From Octopus bimaculoides (taxonomy: Eukaryota), in contig NC_068990.1 in NCBI RefSeq assembly GCF_001194135.2, forward strand, positions 79,974,504 to 80,038,450: DNA of 63,947 nt, written 5' to 3'. The notes under the pieces are model-generated. The model ran no database searches. It was given only the letters and a program-made list of their open reading frames with translations, and had not been told where the DNA came from. The position numbers and the translations under genes were made by a program. Shown here one piece after another: positions 27,236-40,472 of this stretch. Position 1 is the first letter of the stretch. Each line of letters opens with the position of its first letter.

Positions 27236-27419
27236 ACCTAGTTCAGATAGCTGAGGACAAATGTTCCCCATAAAACAGCATAGTTTCTTATCCATTGTTC
27301 TGAATGTTTTAAGCATCCATCCGGTCATTTGCCTGCACATTGTCACCATCTTGGTGATATGCACATGAAACGAGGTGTTGTTGTCATATCAATCACACAC
27401 TGTACTCGACTCTGGGACT

Positions 27420-27798
27420 ATCGTTTCGAACATTGTTTGATATCGAAAGTCACACAAATACCAGAGCGAGAAGCCAGTGCTTAGTGCCAACAATCCCAAC
27501 ATCGCCATCAAGATACAGAACCAGGTACTGCAATAGCTTGGGTTTCAATTCCCCACAGCTCACCAATATCCTCTCCCCAAAAGATTTATAGACCTACCAC
27601 GAGCAGATGCAGGAGTCTTCAAAATAAAAATGGATTTTCTTCCTTCTCCGAAGAGTTCCGGATGAACCTATCTCGTAGCAGAAAATGCAAAGGAGGCAGA
27701 AACTTCAAACTTCCTCATGTACCAAAAGCCACATGTCAAAAGCGGTTTCAGGTAATAAAAGTGTGACAAAACTAACGGTGGTCCCCAGCATGGCCACA
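27420..27798 (+). mobile_element. LINE ORF2 C-terminus and 3' tail
   Basis: IESHTNTRARSQCLVPTIPTSPSRYRTRYCNSLGFNSPQLTNIL, then ...GVFKIKMD...VPDEP, typical of the C-terminal region of CR1/L2-like LINEs as I recall them. Ends GGTGGTCCCCAGCATGGCCACA. Confidence 0.65.
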
Positions 27799-28109
27799 CA
27801 ATTATACACAGGGATGATGTCCACAAACATCAAACAATTTTGGATACGTATTTTCGTCCATCAAGCGGATGCTGATGATGATGAACTATTAGATTGACGA
27901 TAATGTCCCTCATTCTCCAGGTAACTCTCATTCCACGATCATCCCTCTCACTGTAGTCAACATGTTTTATAAGAACGTGCCCTATTACGACATTACGATT
28001 CTTATTTATTTGCAAACGTTCTTTTTTCAAATGGTCTTATGTAAACATATTTCACTGTATTTTATAAAAGTAGTCATGTTGCTGTTTTTTTTTAAAACCA
28101 TGGAAAATA

Positions 28110-28222
28110 TCAGCTGGGACGCATTACCACTTTATGATATGAAAATCAATTTCGAGAAACAGAATTTCGTGATAGGATAAGTTTTCGGGAACGCATTATC
28201 CTACACAGTGGGGGTATTCCTG
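28110..28222. mobile_element. Possible Tigger/pogo-like MITE terminus
   Basis: Repeated GAACGCATTA/GACGCATTA motif and the terminus GGGGTATTCCTG followed by TA. The other end was not found. Confidence 0.3.
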
Positions 28223-28768
28223 TATTTCAAATTCAGCAAGGCTGGCCCTGTTCGTATCACGTTTAGTAGATAGTGCTGATAGTGGAATCTATATTGTTAC
28301 AAGCATTCCGATCAAGTACTGATCTTGTGATAACTTTCACCATTTCTTTCACCAGCCTGAGAAGCTTTACAAATATTCTTGAGAGTTGCCATTCATCCTC
28401 TCACTTAACCATAAAAATGTCACACACGCATACACAAGCATATACACAGACACATGAATACCTAAATGTATCCGTATAACATCATGTACGAAGCTTTAAA
28501 TTAGAATATAATTTACTAAATTAAAAAATATGAATTAATTAAGTAATATATTTAGAAAGATTCTATTTGACACAAAAGCTGTTCAACGTCTGCACACTTC
28601 TCTATGCTGGCCATAATTTTTATTTAGTCTTTAATATACAAGGCCAAAGTTTGCAGCAACTATGGAATATTTTTGACAGCAAAGTTTTAAAGATTTATTA
28701 CATTTATTATGCATTGTCTCGTCTGCTTATGGGTCCAATATTATTAAAAATTATACGTTAATACTGTT

Positions 28769-28848
<80 letters not shown>

Positions 28849-28849
<1 letters not shown>

Positions 28850-28995
28850 AGTTTCCGTCTACTAAACCCACTCACAACGCTTTAGTCGGCCAAGGGCTAC
28901 AGCAGAAGACATCTACTCAAGGTGTCATGTAGCAGGTCTTAACCCCCTATCCATGTGGCTGGGAAGCAAACTTCTTAGCATAAAGCCACGCTTGT
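28849..28995 (-). mobile_element. SINE family A 5' half
   Basis: Plus strand CAGTTTCCGTCTACTAAACCCACTCACAACGCTTTAGTCGGCC...GAAGACA...CATGTGGCTGGGAAGCAAACTTCTTA is the reverse complement of the family A head. Confidence 0.7.
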
Positions 28996-29014
28996 GCATA
29001 TATATATATATATA

Positions 29015-29050
<36 letters not shown>

Positions 29051-29284
29051 TGTATGTCTGAGTGTGTGTAGACAGATACACACATATTAAATGTTTACTA
29101 TCCAGTAAGAGTGTGTGAATCTATATTATTCTTAAGAATACCGAATTTTTACATGTTTTTATTTTCCTAATTTCTTCTTTTCTTTATTTTACTAATATAT
29201 TGTTAGTGATTACAGATTTTACTCTTCTACTCCCACAATATGTACTGTCTCATATTATACGATTTCATATTTTCCTTCTTACAG

Positions 29285-29425
29285 GATTAATAACCAAAAG
29301 TTAATTATGATTTCAGCTATCAAAAAAGCAATCATGAGAAAGCGCCCATCAAACGGCAATAATGATGACAATGTAGTAGATAAGATATTGCTTCGTTGTT
29401 GCTATAGATTTAGAAGAATTAAGTG
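29285..29425 (+). other. Possible exon (141 bp, phase 2-2), unidentified
   Basis: Strong polypyrimidine acceptor TTTTCCTTCTTACAG and one open frame (INNQKLIMISAIKKAIMRKRPSNGNNDDNVVDKILLRCCYRFRRIK). The donor GTAAAG is weak and there is no recognisable homology. Confidence 0.15.
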
Positions 29426-32140
29426 GTAAAGAATATTTCTATATATCAAATATACACTGAGAGAAAGAGACGAAGGTCATTAAATCTCTCTAAGAAAGAT
29501 AACCATAGGAGGAACATAATAAAGACTTAGTAAAATTATACATAAATATATATATATGNNNNNNNNNNATATATTCACCTTATTAAGAATAAGGAAGATT
29601 GTTAATGCAAAATATAAAACTGAATGATTAGTTTTCAAGAAATATTTATATCGGTGTTTCAATCATTATAAAATTACTTTTATTTATTTCAATTTTTACA
29701 GTCCTTTTTGAAAATTACTTTAAAATATAAAAAAAAAAACCAAAACCAAAAACAAAATGATAATCGGTGGAAAATACTATATGAACAACATTACATTCGA
29801 TTCCGCTTTAATGCATAGCCTCAGTGATTGAAATCCTTATTCAGTATTCAAATATCCGAATTCGCATTGTACAAGTTTTCATTATATTGCTAGTCGTAAG
29901 GTATTGTGGGTAGTCAGACATGCATAGATTACATAGCGCTTTCTTTTATAATATAGCAAGAATATTCTTTCTCCATACAGTACTTTGTATATTCACATGC
30001 TTATATTTCGCCTTGTTAGCACAGCATTTAGCTGTATGCATATCCTACGAGGTTTTTCAATTCTCTTCCATATTCTTTGATAACTAAGTGAAACTAGACT
30101 CATACACCACGACAATATCATGACTTTCAAATATCTCGATTTACTCGGTGATAACAACTTGTGTCATTGTCATTAAAGACATTTCAATTGGCTCAATCTC
30201 AGGTGAAAAAATCGATATCGAAAGCAACTAAATAATTTCTTTCCACCAGTAGATGCAAAACTAGCTTTTAACATATCTTTATCGCTAATGATGACTCATA
30301 CATTGAAGAAGTTTATTTCTCAATTAAAAATAAAATACAAATATCCCCGAAAATGTACTTCAACATTCTATAATTTATTGAAAGGTTAAAATAGCTTAAA
30401 TATGACATGCTTGACATCGGTTGTTTGCAACCATGACGTTCGAAGTGGTGTCATTCTGACTAATCACGTTAACAGAAGCTTCCAGAATCTTTTAAGTATC
30501 AAGTGAAATAAATGGTAATTGTAAATTAACTTTTGTGAACAGTGCAATAAAAATAAATTATGCAATTAATTGGAACGAATCTCCCTTGCACATACAACTC
30601 AAAAGCTAATTTTACTAAGATTTGAAACTAAACAATTCGGTGGTTTGAAATAGTATGCATGTCACCGAATAAAGCATAAAAATATTTGCTGCAAAAATAG
30701 AAGTACACGTAGTACTCCTTTTGGGAAATCTACGTTGGATTGATAATGAGATAGAACAGAGGGTATAGAAATAATTGGATGTTTTCTGAGATTTTCATTC
30801 AGTGACGATACAACGAGCAGCAAAATATATTGGATCCTTCTATAAATATTTGCTTTGTGCTGACACAAAAGGGATTATTATCATAATTGCTATGTATCCT
30901 GCCGTGTGTAATTAATGACAACGTTTCAGCATGAGATGGTTCAGCTTCTACATGATGGTTATGAAACAGCTGGTTAACATTATGGAAGATGCAGTGAAGA
31001 AATGAATAACAAACCTGCCAGAAGCCGGTTCCTGTTGTATCCTAAAGTTTAAAAGAGATGACTTGAAGATACCTTTCAACAGACACCTCAACCATGAAAG
31101 GGGGTAAGATGTGAAGCGGTGTGGTTTGTTACGAGTACACCAATTGGTTTAACGTACGAAAACTATTTTATATGCCAAGAAAGAGGCGGATTTGTACAAA
31201 AATGCGTGGAGTAGGTTAAATGGGGTTATCATTATGTTGTTAATCCCATTGAAATAAAGTGAACAACTTAGAGAAAAGTGGCCACAGAAATATATTCTAA
31301 TCGAAAGACGAAGTGATAGAAACGAATAATGTTCCTATTTGAAAAAAGGCCAGCTATTTCTAGTTTTAATCGAAACCAAATAAATACGGAGTAAAATACA
31401 ACAAAATAAAAACAAATAGTCCTAAATAAAAATTCAATAAAATGTAGAAAAAGTTACACAGAAAGAATTAAAAAAGTACTAACATACTCCAGGCCAGAAT
31501 AATTATTTTAACATTTTATTTCTTTTTTCTCTAATGTTATTTAATTCTTTTGTCTCTTTCATATACTTGAGCACAGTAACAATATTCCGACTATAAAACA
31601 ACCTCCAGACACAAAATACAGTAGTAATGAAGAGTGATTAGTTATTTTCACCAGTTTACTTTTATTATTCTTTACTATCACATATTCAGTTCCCATTCAA
31701 AGTTTTAATATCCGCTCCAATTTTCAATATCCTGCTTTAGTTCTGATGTGTATTATTGTTTGCAAAACAAGGTCCATTCATGCGTGCACGCAATCATGGT
31801 CTCGCTCCAACAATATTTATCTTACAACATCTGTTTAGGAACCGTTTCATTTGTTTTTACATCAGTTTCTATTCTCTACCATAGAGAATGAACGGAGGTA
31901 TATCTAGTACGACATCTTTTCGCCATAACTTCTGTCAACCTATTGATGATCTGAATTTACACAAAAAAAAATCGGAATAAAACAATATGATGTGTATATG
32001 AAATAATGTACACTCATAAAAAAACCCACACTCGCATATATGCAAACTGTCATAAATATTTGTATTCGTTTCTATCTGTCTATGCATATATCTATCTATC
32101 AATGTATGTATGTATGTATGTATGTATGTATGTATGTATG

Positions 32141-32187
<47 letters not shown>

Positions 32188-32296
32188 ATGCGCATGCTGT
32201 CAACATGGCAGGATCTACGTAAGCTAACATATCTTTAAGCCTTTGACTTCTGATGGTGGCCCTTCTGTGCCTGAAATATTTGAAGATATACACACT

Positions 32297-32330
<34 letters not shown>

Positions 32331-32666
32331 NNNNNNNNNNNNNNNNNNNNNNNNNNNNNNNNNNNNNNNNNNNNNNNNNNNNNNNNNNNNNNNNNNNNNN
32401 NNNNNNNNNNNNNNNNNNNNNNNNNNNNNNNNNNNNNNNNNNNNNNNNNNNNNNNNNNNNNNNNNNNNNNNNNNNNNNNNNNNNNNNNNNNNNNNNNNNN
32501 NNNNNNNNNNNNNNNNNNNNNNNNNNNNNNNNNNNNNNNNNNNNNNNNNNNNNNNNNNNNNNNNNNNNNNNNNNNNNNNNNNNNNNNNNNNNNNNNNNNN
32601 NNNNNNNNNNNNNNNNNNNNNNNNNNNNNNNNNNNNNNNNNNNNNNNNNNNNNNNNNNNNNNNNNN

Positions 32667-32701
<35 letters not shown>

Positions 32702-33400
32702 TATATATAATATAATGTGTTATAGCTGCTCATACTCACAGACACACTTCACACACATATATACAATATATTAAAAAAGAACAGTGTGTATGTTGATCTA
32801 ATTGGTCTCTTTACGAAGGTACAGAGCACAACTCTGTCATCCAAATCTAATCAACACTAAAGAGGTACCAAAGAAGTACATATCAGCTAACACTGGTGTT
32901 GACTTTATTAAATGTTCTTATTTGTAGTAATGTTGGCAATCAGCTCCATTTTCTTTTTTAATTATGAAGACATTTGAACTATAGAATTGGTGTTTAGTCT
33001 CCTCTTTATGAATGTTCTGATTTCAAATCTTGAGGGAGTGGCATTTCTTTTCATAGCTCCAGAGGCTTCTCAATACGTTTCAGTATTTATTGGAAGCAAT
33101 TCAAACGCCATATTCCTAATTAAAAAATATAATCACTGTCATCATTAATATTTACCATGATGTTTTCAATAGTCTTATGCAAGCATCAACTGATCCGTCA
33201 GCTGCACTCTTCTGTTCCTGTTATGAGTGCAGCATAGAAAACTGAGTTGTAAAATTGTTTTCGAACACTACATCAGGCTGGCTTTGCTGATCTTGGTTTG
33301 TTGTTTCCGATGTAATTCTGGAGTTTAGTATGTTGTGTAGAGTATGCGCAATATGATTTGTAGTGATGGATATATATGTATACGTATATATATATATGTA

Positions 33401-33479
<79 letters not shown>

Positions 33480-33865
33480 ATATATATATATACACACACA
33501 CACACATATATATGCTTGTAAATTTCTTTAATAACTTACAATAATGACTTTTATTACCTTTATTCCTACCTCAGTTCATCTAATTGTATATATATNNNNN
33601 NNNNNNNNNNNNNNNNNNNNNNNNNNNNNNNNNNNNNNNNNNNNNNNNNNNNNNNNNNNNNNNNNNNNNNNNNNNNNNNNNNNNNNNNNNNNNNNNNNNN
33701 NNNNNNNNNNNNNNNNNNNNNNNNNNNNNNNNNNNNNNNNNNNNNNNNNNNNNNNNNNNNNNNNNNNNNNNNNNNNNNNNNNNNNNNNNNNNNNNNNNNN
33801 NNNNNNNNNNNNNNNNNNNNNNNNNNNNNNNNNNNNNNNNNNNNNNNNNNNNNNNNNNNNNNNNN

Positions 33866-33911
<46 letters not shown>

Positions 33912-35125
33912 TAAGGGTTGAAGCGTTTACTGCCACCAGGAATGCAACTATCACTCTCTACGAGGTAAATTCGCCGATAAACTAATTACATGTGCACCAA
34001 AACAGTCAATGAATTTTCTATTTTACAAGTAGATCACCCAATAAATCATCACTCAGTAGATGAGCCAAGGAACACGTTAGTAACTAAACTATCCTTTATT
34101 ATTGAGTGTTTCGTTAATGATACGATATTTCTCTTTCTACAAATCGTAAAAAATAGCACATATATACTTGCATAGATTTTGAGACAGTGATGCATATTCA
34201 ATTTAGTACACACTCACACGCTGTTGTGTATCTGTATGTGTCCATACATGCCTATATATGTATGTCTGCATATATGCTTGTGCCTGTGAATTTATCCTCA
34301 TACGCTCCACCAGAAAGAAGAAACAAGCAAACAAAAGAAAAGAAAAATAAATTTCCATTGATTTTCTGAATTGGTTTATAATGAGACTTTATTGCAAAGG
34401 AGAGTTGTCTGAGAGAACAAACGTTACGGCCAAGGTAATCATTTATAAATGACCATCTTAAGACTCTATTCGTGACTGTTGACCTGATTCTATCTGACAG
34501 GAAACTTAAGACTCTTAAGTACATCAACACTCATATATATTTAAATGATTCAAATGTTTAACGAAGTTTTAGTTTTAAGCGACTTACCAATCAACCACAG
34601 ACGCTCTTAAAATATTGACAACATTTAATTTGATGGCGTAATGCCCTAGGAATTAAAAACAGACATCATGGCACAACTTATTGACTGCAGGTTTCTAAAC
34701 TGGCTTCACATGATGGACTATCCATAATTGAGTAAACAACGTTCATTGACTTGACCTGATCGATTGAAGACTTCTGACATGGCATGTCATCATATACATA
34801 CATACATATATGCATGCATACATATATACATACACGCACACACACTCGTATATATAAATATAATTTTAATGTCTCTCTCAATTAAGCAAACAGGAAGAAT
34901 GGCAGAAACTTACTGTTCATTTAATTTGTTGTGCAGTCTCAGTGATTAATTCTTGCTATTGAAACTAATTATACATCCTAGCTTCCTCTTAGTTGCATGG
35001 ATATATATATGTGTGTGTGTGTGTGTATATGTGTGTATAGGTATACATATATAAATACATATATATATTTATACGTATACATATATACATATTTACTCAC
35101 ATACAAGTATATATAAACATATGTA

Positions 35126-35169
<44 letters not shown>

Positions 35170-35833
35170 NNNNNNNNNNNNNNNNNNNNNNNNNNNNNNN
35201 NNNNNNNNNNNNNNNNNNNNNNNNNNNNNNNNNNNNNNNNNNNNNNNNNNNNNNNNNNNNNNNNNNNNNNNNNNNNNNNNNNNNNNNNNNNNNNNNNNNN
35301 NNNNNNNNNNNNNNNNNNNNNNNNNNNNNNNNNNNNNNNNNNNNNNNNNNNNNNNNNNNNNNNNNNNNNNNNNNNNNNNNNNNNNNNNNNNNNNNNNNNN
35401 NNNNNNNNNNNNNNNNNNNNNNNNNNNNNNNNNNNNNNNNNNNNNNNNNNNNNNNNNNNNNNNNNNNNNNNNNNNNNNNNNNNNNNNNNNNNNNNNNNNN
35501 NNNNNNNNNNNNNNNNNNNNNNNNNNNNNNNNNNNNNNNNNNNNNNNNNNNNNNNNNNNNNNNNNNNNNNNNNNNNNNNNNNNNNNNNNNNNNNNNNNNN
35601 NNNNNNNNNNNNNNNNNNNNNNNNNNNNNNNNNNNNNNNNNNNNNNNNNNNNNNNNNNNNNNNNNNNNNNNNNNNNNNNNNNNNNNNNNNNNNNNNNNNN
35701 NNNNNNNNNNNNNNNNNNNNNNNNNNNNNNNNNNNNNNNNNNNNNNNNNNNNNNNNNNNNNNNNNNNNNNTATATATATATATATATATATATATGCACC
35801 ACATATACATACAATTGTAATATTCACAATTTG

Positions 35834-36040
35834 AAGATGGAGTCTGCCAAAAGTTTTGGCTATGTTACCAGTAAACAGTCATACGGCGTAAAAACAGAGA
35901 ATCGACGCAGCCAAACGGCGCGCAAATTTTCAGGCACGCGCAGGAAAGGTTGGCGTCAGCTCCCATCTAAAGGATATTGTCTACGCAGGACTACTTTAGA
36001 GGAGAAACAGTAAACCCGAATACATTTTGAACACACCTCG
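35834..36040 (-). mobile_element. Mariner-type terminal fragment
   Basis: TIR-like CGAGGTGTGTTCAAAA on the minus strand (36025-36040), flanked by TA, followed by GC-richer UTR-like sequence. Confidence 0.5.
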
Positions 36041-36895
36041 TATACTTCTACATATATTTATATACTAAAATTTGTATTAACACTGAGGCTCAGAATAGTA
36101 GTAAATTTTCAAGAAGTGAGAAAAATTCTGGTTGTTACATTGTATGTAAATGCATGCATTAATAAGAGCTGCGCTTAATCTCACTCTGTTGCCAGAGCGA
36201 GATTCTCAGCTGACTAAATTGAAACCACTTGCCGTTAATACACTTCTCAATTGTTCTGCAACAACAACCATACACGAAATCTGAAACAACTTCGGATTGC
36301 CAACAATTCTACGCTATTAACCGCTAACATGTTCCACAAGCCTTTAAGGATACCCGCGTAATCCTTCCCTAATACTAGGAAGTTATAGCTATAACTTGGT
36401 CACAGACATATGCCAATACACACGCACTTATAAACATACATACATATGTATATATATGTGTGTGCGTATCTGAGTGACTGACTGTGTGTATGGGTGACTA
36501 TGACTACAGAGTTTGCCAAATAATTTCCGATTTAGTTGGATGATGTCAAGGAGAAAGAAGAAATATGATGTTACTGTGTTAATATCTTACCACAGCAACG
36601 TTTGTATCAATTACTACGCCTGATAATTTAAACACGGATTTATTCTTTGTGAAACTGAAGAGCAGCCAATTAGAATACGCTTACATGACCAGAGTATTTC
36701 GCATAAACACACATGCACACACATCCACGTACACACACGTACATCCATAATCTCACACACATAAGCATATACGTATATCTTACATGTTCCCTTGACAAGA
36801 GAATTGCTGACAAACCGTAAAATATCTGTTAAAATGAGATGTCAGTGTTATTTTCATTTTTGCGCAATTTAGACGACAACTTATTAACCGCGCCT

Positions 36896-36975
<80 letters not shown>

Positions 36976-38025
36976 CACGCATGGTGAAATGATAGTGACT
37001 GGAATCAAAATTTATCTTCGCTATTTCGCAGTATTTAAGACTAGGCATGTACATTCTCCGTATAATCGTTCTTGTAACATAGTTTATTCTGTGTCTCAAT
37101 CAAAACTTCCCACTTTTTTACGTATTGTTGTTCATTATTATTTTTTTTATTTCTCAAATCGTCCAAACAACAACGAGAATCTAATCATGGCTAAAGTAGG
37201 TGACTAATGGTTTGAAACCAGTCGCAGAAACAGAATTCCAATATATTTCACCATTTAATTTTGGTTTCCCTGGTTTGGGCCAAAGCAGTTGTTTAAACTA
37301 TATCAAATTCCTACTTAGACTCCGAATTCTTTGACAAATTTCCTGCTAACTCCACATTTACATCAACCAGGTATAAATCTTATAAAAACACAACTACACT
37401 AGTAAGCATGTTAAACGATCCGTTAGCTAAGAGATTTAGAATAATACGGTGGGGTGTGAGCTATACTTTGTCTTATAGCCCAATACAAACAATTATCTAT
37501 TGGACATATGTATGTTGAAAGGCCTTGTTTTAAAACCATCCTGTCTTTCCAGTATTTAAGGGACCACATCTGCGAAAGTACCTTTCTTTAGAAGGCTGTA
37601 AGGTCTAATTTGTACGCAACGCCGCATAGTCAATGTAGTTGTTGGGTTGAGTGAAACGGCCTGCAGACAAAATTTGTAGTTTATCAATCCCTGGCTTGAA
37701 GGCTTTACTCATTTGTTCATATAGAACTTAAAGGTCATGGATGTGTTAACGTGACCAGACATTCAAACCCGTTATTACCAAGAGAGAATGACTCTAGATT
37801 ATTGCATATTAGCGTATGTCTATTAGATTTTACAATATTATGTGATATTTCATAATACTGGTCATACAGGCATACATATCTATTCACACGCACATACAAA
37901 TCTTGAAACAGTCGTCCTACTAAATAGTGGTAAGAGACGAATAAACATAGATACAATTACTTACAAATAACGGGATAAAATATGTACTGGCAAAATGGCG
38001 TCTCAGATATATTGAATTTTGCTGC

Positions 38026-38095
<70 letters not shown>

Positions 38096-38255
38096 GTACA
38101 CGCACGCATACACACACGCGCGCACACTGTCACGTTCGCAAACTAATACGCATATATCCATAAAAAGCATAATAACATACACATGTATGGATTTTCAAAT
38201 GCTGCAGTAGCTGGTTTGCTTATTTTAATTAAATACTGCTTCAATTGCGTATACT

Positions 38256-38297
<42 letters not shown>

Positions 38298-38373
38298 CAA
38301 AGAATATATATACATGTATACACACATATATGTACATACTTACATCTACATGTGTATGTATATATGCATATCA

Positions 38374-38640
38374 GGGTACAGGACGTTAGAACAATGAACT
38401 ACAGACAACGGAACGAACACATAGGAAAACGGAAAGCCACTTGGAATATCCCTTCATCAGCTGTCTCTATTTTAACTAGACGTTTCGAAGATAAGACAGA
38501 CTGTACTCTAGAATAGTCTCTTCCTGAGTAGTGGATCAACCCACTACACAGAGGATTCCAAGGTGGCAAACACAAACCAAGACAGGAAAAATTGGACAGT
38601 GAAAACAACATTCAAAAGCCGTACGGCCAAACGCGAATCT
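38374..38640 (-). mobile_element. Interspersed repeat of the GGGTACAGGAC-terminus family, copy 2
   Basis: Terminal GGGTACAGGAC at 38374-38384 next to a TA-rich tract; CCCTTCATCAG and CGTTTCGAAG are shared with the copy at 42072. Confidence 0.65.
38447..38511 (-). ncRNA. Candidate non-circularly permuted hammerhead ribozyme, copy 2
   Basis: Minus: CTAGA-GT-A-CAGTCTGTCT-TATCTTC-GAA-ACGTCTAG-TTAAAATAG-AGACAG-CTGATGA-AGGGATA. Stem III has 7 bp with one bulge, the triplet is GUA, and stem I is CTGTCT (or CAGTCT)/AGACAG. Stem II TATCTT/GGGATA forms 6 bp above an A-C mismatch. Confidence 0.55.
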
Positions 38641-38720
38641 GAGGTAGAACGCTAGTAGTTCGTCTTGCCTTCACAGCGGCTGGAGTGAAAAGAAAGTTGA
38701 CCACAGGTCACACGAGAGCA

Positions 38721-38891
38721 GAGAGGATGGTGGAGGGAGGAAGTGGAACAAGGAGGAAGGGACAGAAGGGTATAGCAGTGAAGTAGAGGCCAGGACAGAG
38801 GGATAGATAGAAAGATAGAGGAAGACAGATAGATAAATAGATAGAGAGGATGGTGGAGGGAGGAAGTGGAACAAGGAGGAAGGGACAGAAG
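38721..38891. repeat. Direct repeat of about 48 bp, two copies separated by GATA-rich sequence
   Basis: GAGAGGATGGTGGAGGGAGGAAGTGGAACAAGGAGGAAGGGACAGAAG occurs twice. Confidence 0.9.
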
Positions 38892-39429
38892 AGTATCACA
38901 TACTTATAGATAAATATTATCATATAAATATTCGCATCCATACGGCCATATACATACATACATACATCTATATATACATACAAACTCACATACACGCACA
39001 TATACATTTATATATGTACAAACACACGCACGCACGCGCACAAAAACATACGCATACACACACACTATCTCTCTCTTATATGAGAGAAAAATGTTTGGAC
39101 ATGTAGTTTGATGGATGTCCACAAAACCAGTCACGTAAGCAGTTGCTCGCCATCTCATCTTACGAGTAAGGCTATGAGAAATACTGGAACGGAATAAATA
39201 TATGTACCACATGTTGCAGGCTTCTAATATATTCATACATACTCACATAATGCATACATACATACTTACATACATACGTACACATGTACACACATATGCA
39301 CATACATACATGCACGCATACATAAATACACATACACAGCACACGCACACATGAACACACATACATACACATATATTTGAGAAAATTTGTGTATGTTCAT
39401 AATCTTCTCGCCTTCTTTTGTATGAGCAG

Positions 39430-39625
39430 TAATCTTCTCTCCTAGCACCACTGCTAAATATGTGTTTTACTATTCTCTGCCGTTTCTACTGCCCCCAACT
39501 ATTAAATTTCTCCTGTCTCTTGTTCTACCTAATTGTTTGCTATTTCTCTGTCTGAGTTCTTATCTTTACCAGTTTCCTCTTTGTCGCATGTTGTCCCATC
39601 TTTTGTTGCATATAAGCCACTAATG
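39430..39625 (-). mobile_element. Possible highly decayed LINE APE fragment
   Basis: Minus-strand peptides SGLYAT and RNLIVGGSRNGRE weakly resemble the APE motifs GVYAP and LIVMGDFNARVG. Confidence 0.2.
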
Positions 39626-40472
39626 TAATATTAATACTATCAGTTCTTTTTCTCCACCCTTCTCTTCCTCTGAACTCTGTAACAATGTGCTAGTTTTTAG
39701 CTGAGACTTCATTAATATAGAGCTGCCTCTCCTGATTATGACATAACAGCTTATTTTAATTAATTTGAACGAGGAGGCAATATTTGTAGATATGAGTTTA
39801 AATTTCAGTTACAATTAAGTCATTTCTTTTACAAAAATCGGCTAAAAATGATGTTTTTATCAATTATACCAAGGGAAAAAAGACTTGCCATATGCACACA
39901 TTTGTATCTGGTTTAGATAATATTGACATCACTCAAATTGCTTCCATTATTAACCATAGTACTTCTAGACTTAAGCAGAGGGTGGCGTTCTTCAGCATTG
40001 TTAATAAGTAGATGGTTCACATGTATTTTAGTTGCCCTTACAAGAAGTCACTTTGCACAGAAAAGAAATCCTAAAACAAGTTAAATAGCGCTTTCCAAAA
40101 CTATTTGTAAAGAGATTGAATGCATTTATTAATTCCGTCTTTTATGTCTCCAAATATACCACTATAGGAACCGATACTGCAATGCTTGCTTTTCTGAAGG
40201 AAAGAAAAGCGGGACAAAATTACCCAATTTCAGCAAAGAGAGAGTTTCTCAACAATGAGGTTTTCTGGTACATTGTCGTCCTTTCCTTAAGAAATTGCTG
40301 TGCACCAAGCACAAAGTCCAAGGAAAAAAAAAACCATTAGAACATTATCTAAGCTGTGCCATGATGGACTCTTTGCAAAAGTTAATGCATCATCATCATG
40401 ATCCGTTCAACAATTTCAACCTATCACGTCAGTCAATATGAATACTTCTTCCAATGGCATTTCTATAAAATA

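Noticed and set aside
32244-32285. CTT-CTGATGG-TGGC...GCCT-GAAAT-ATTT-GAAG hammerhead-like string
   Set aside because: A9 is missing and stem I is out of register.
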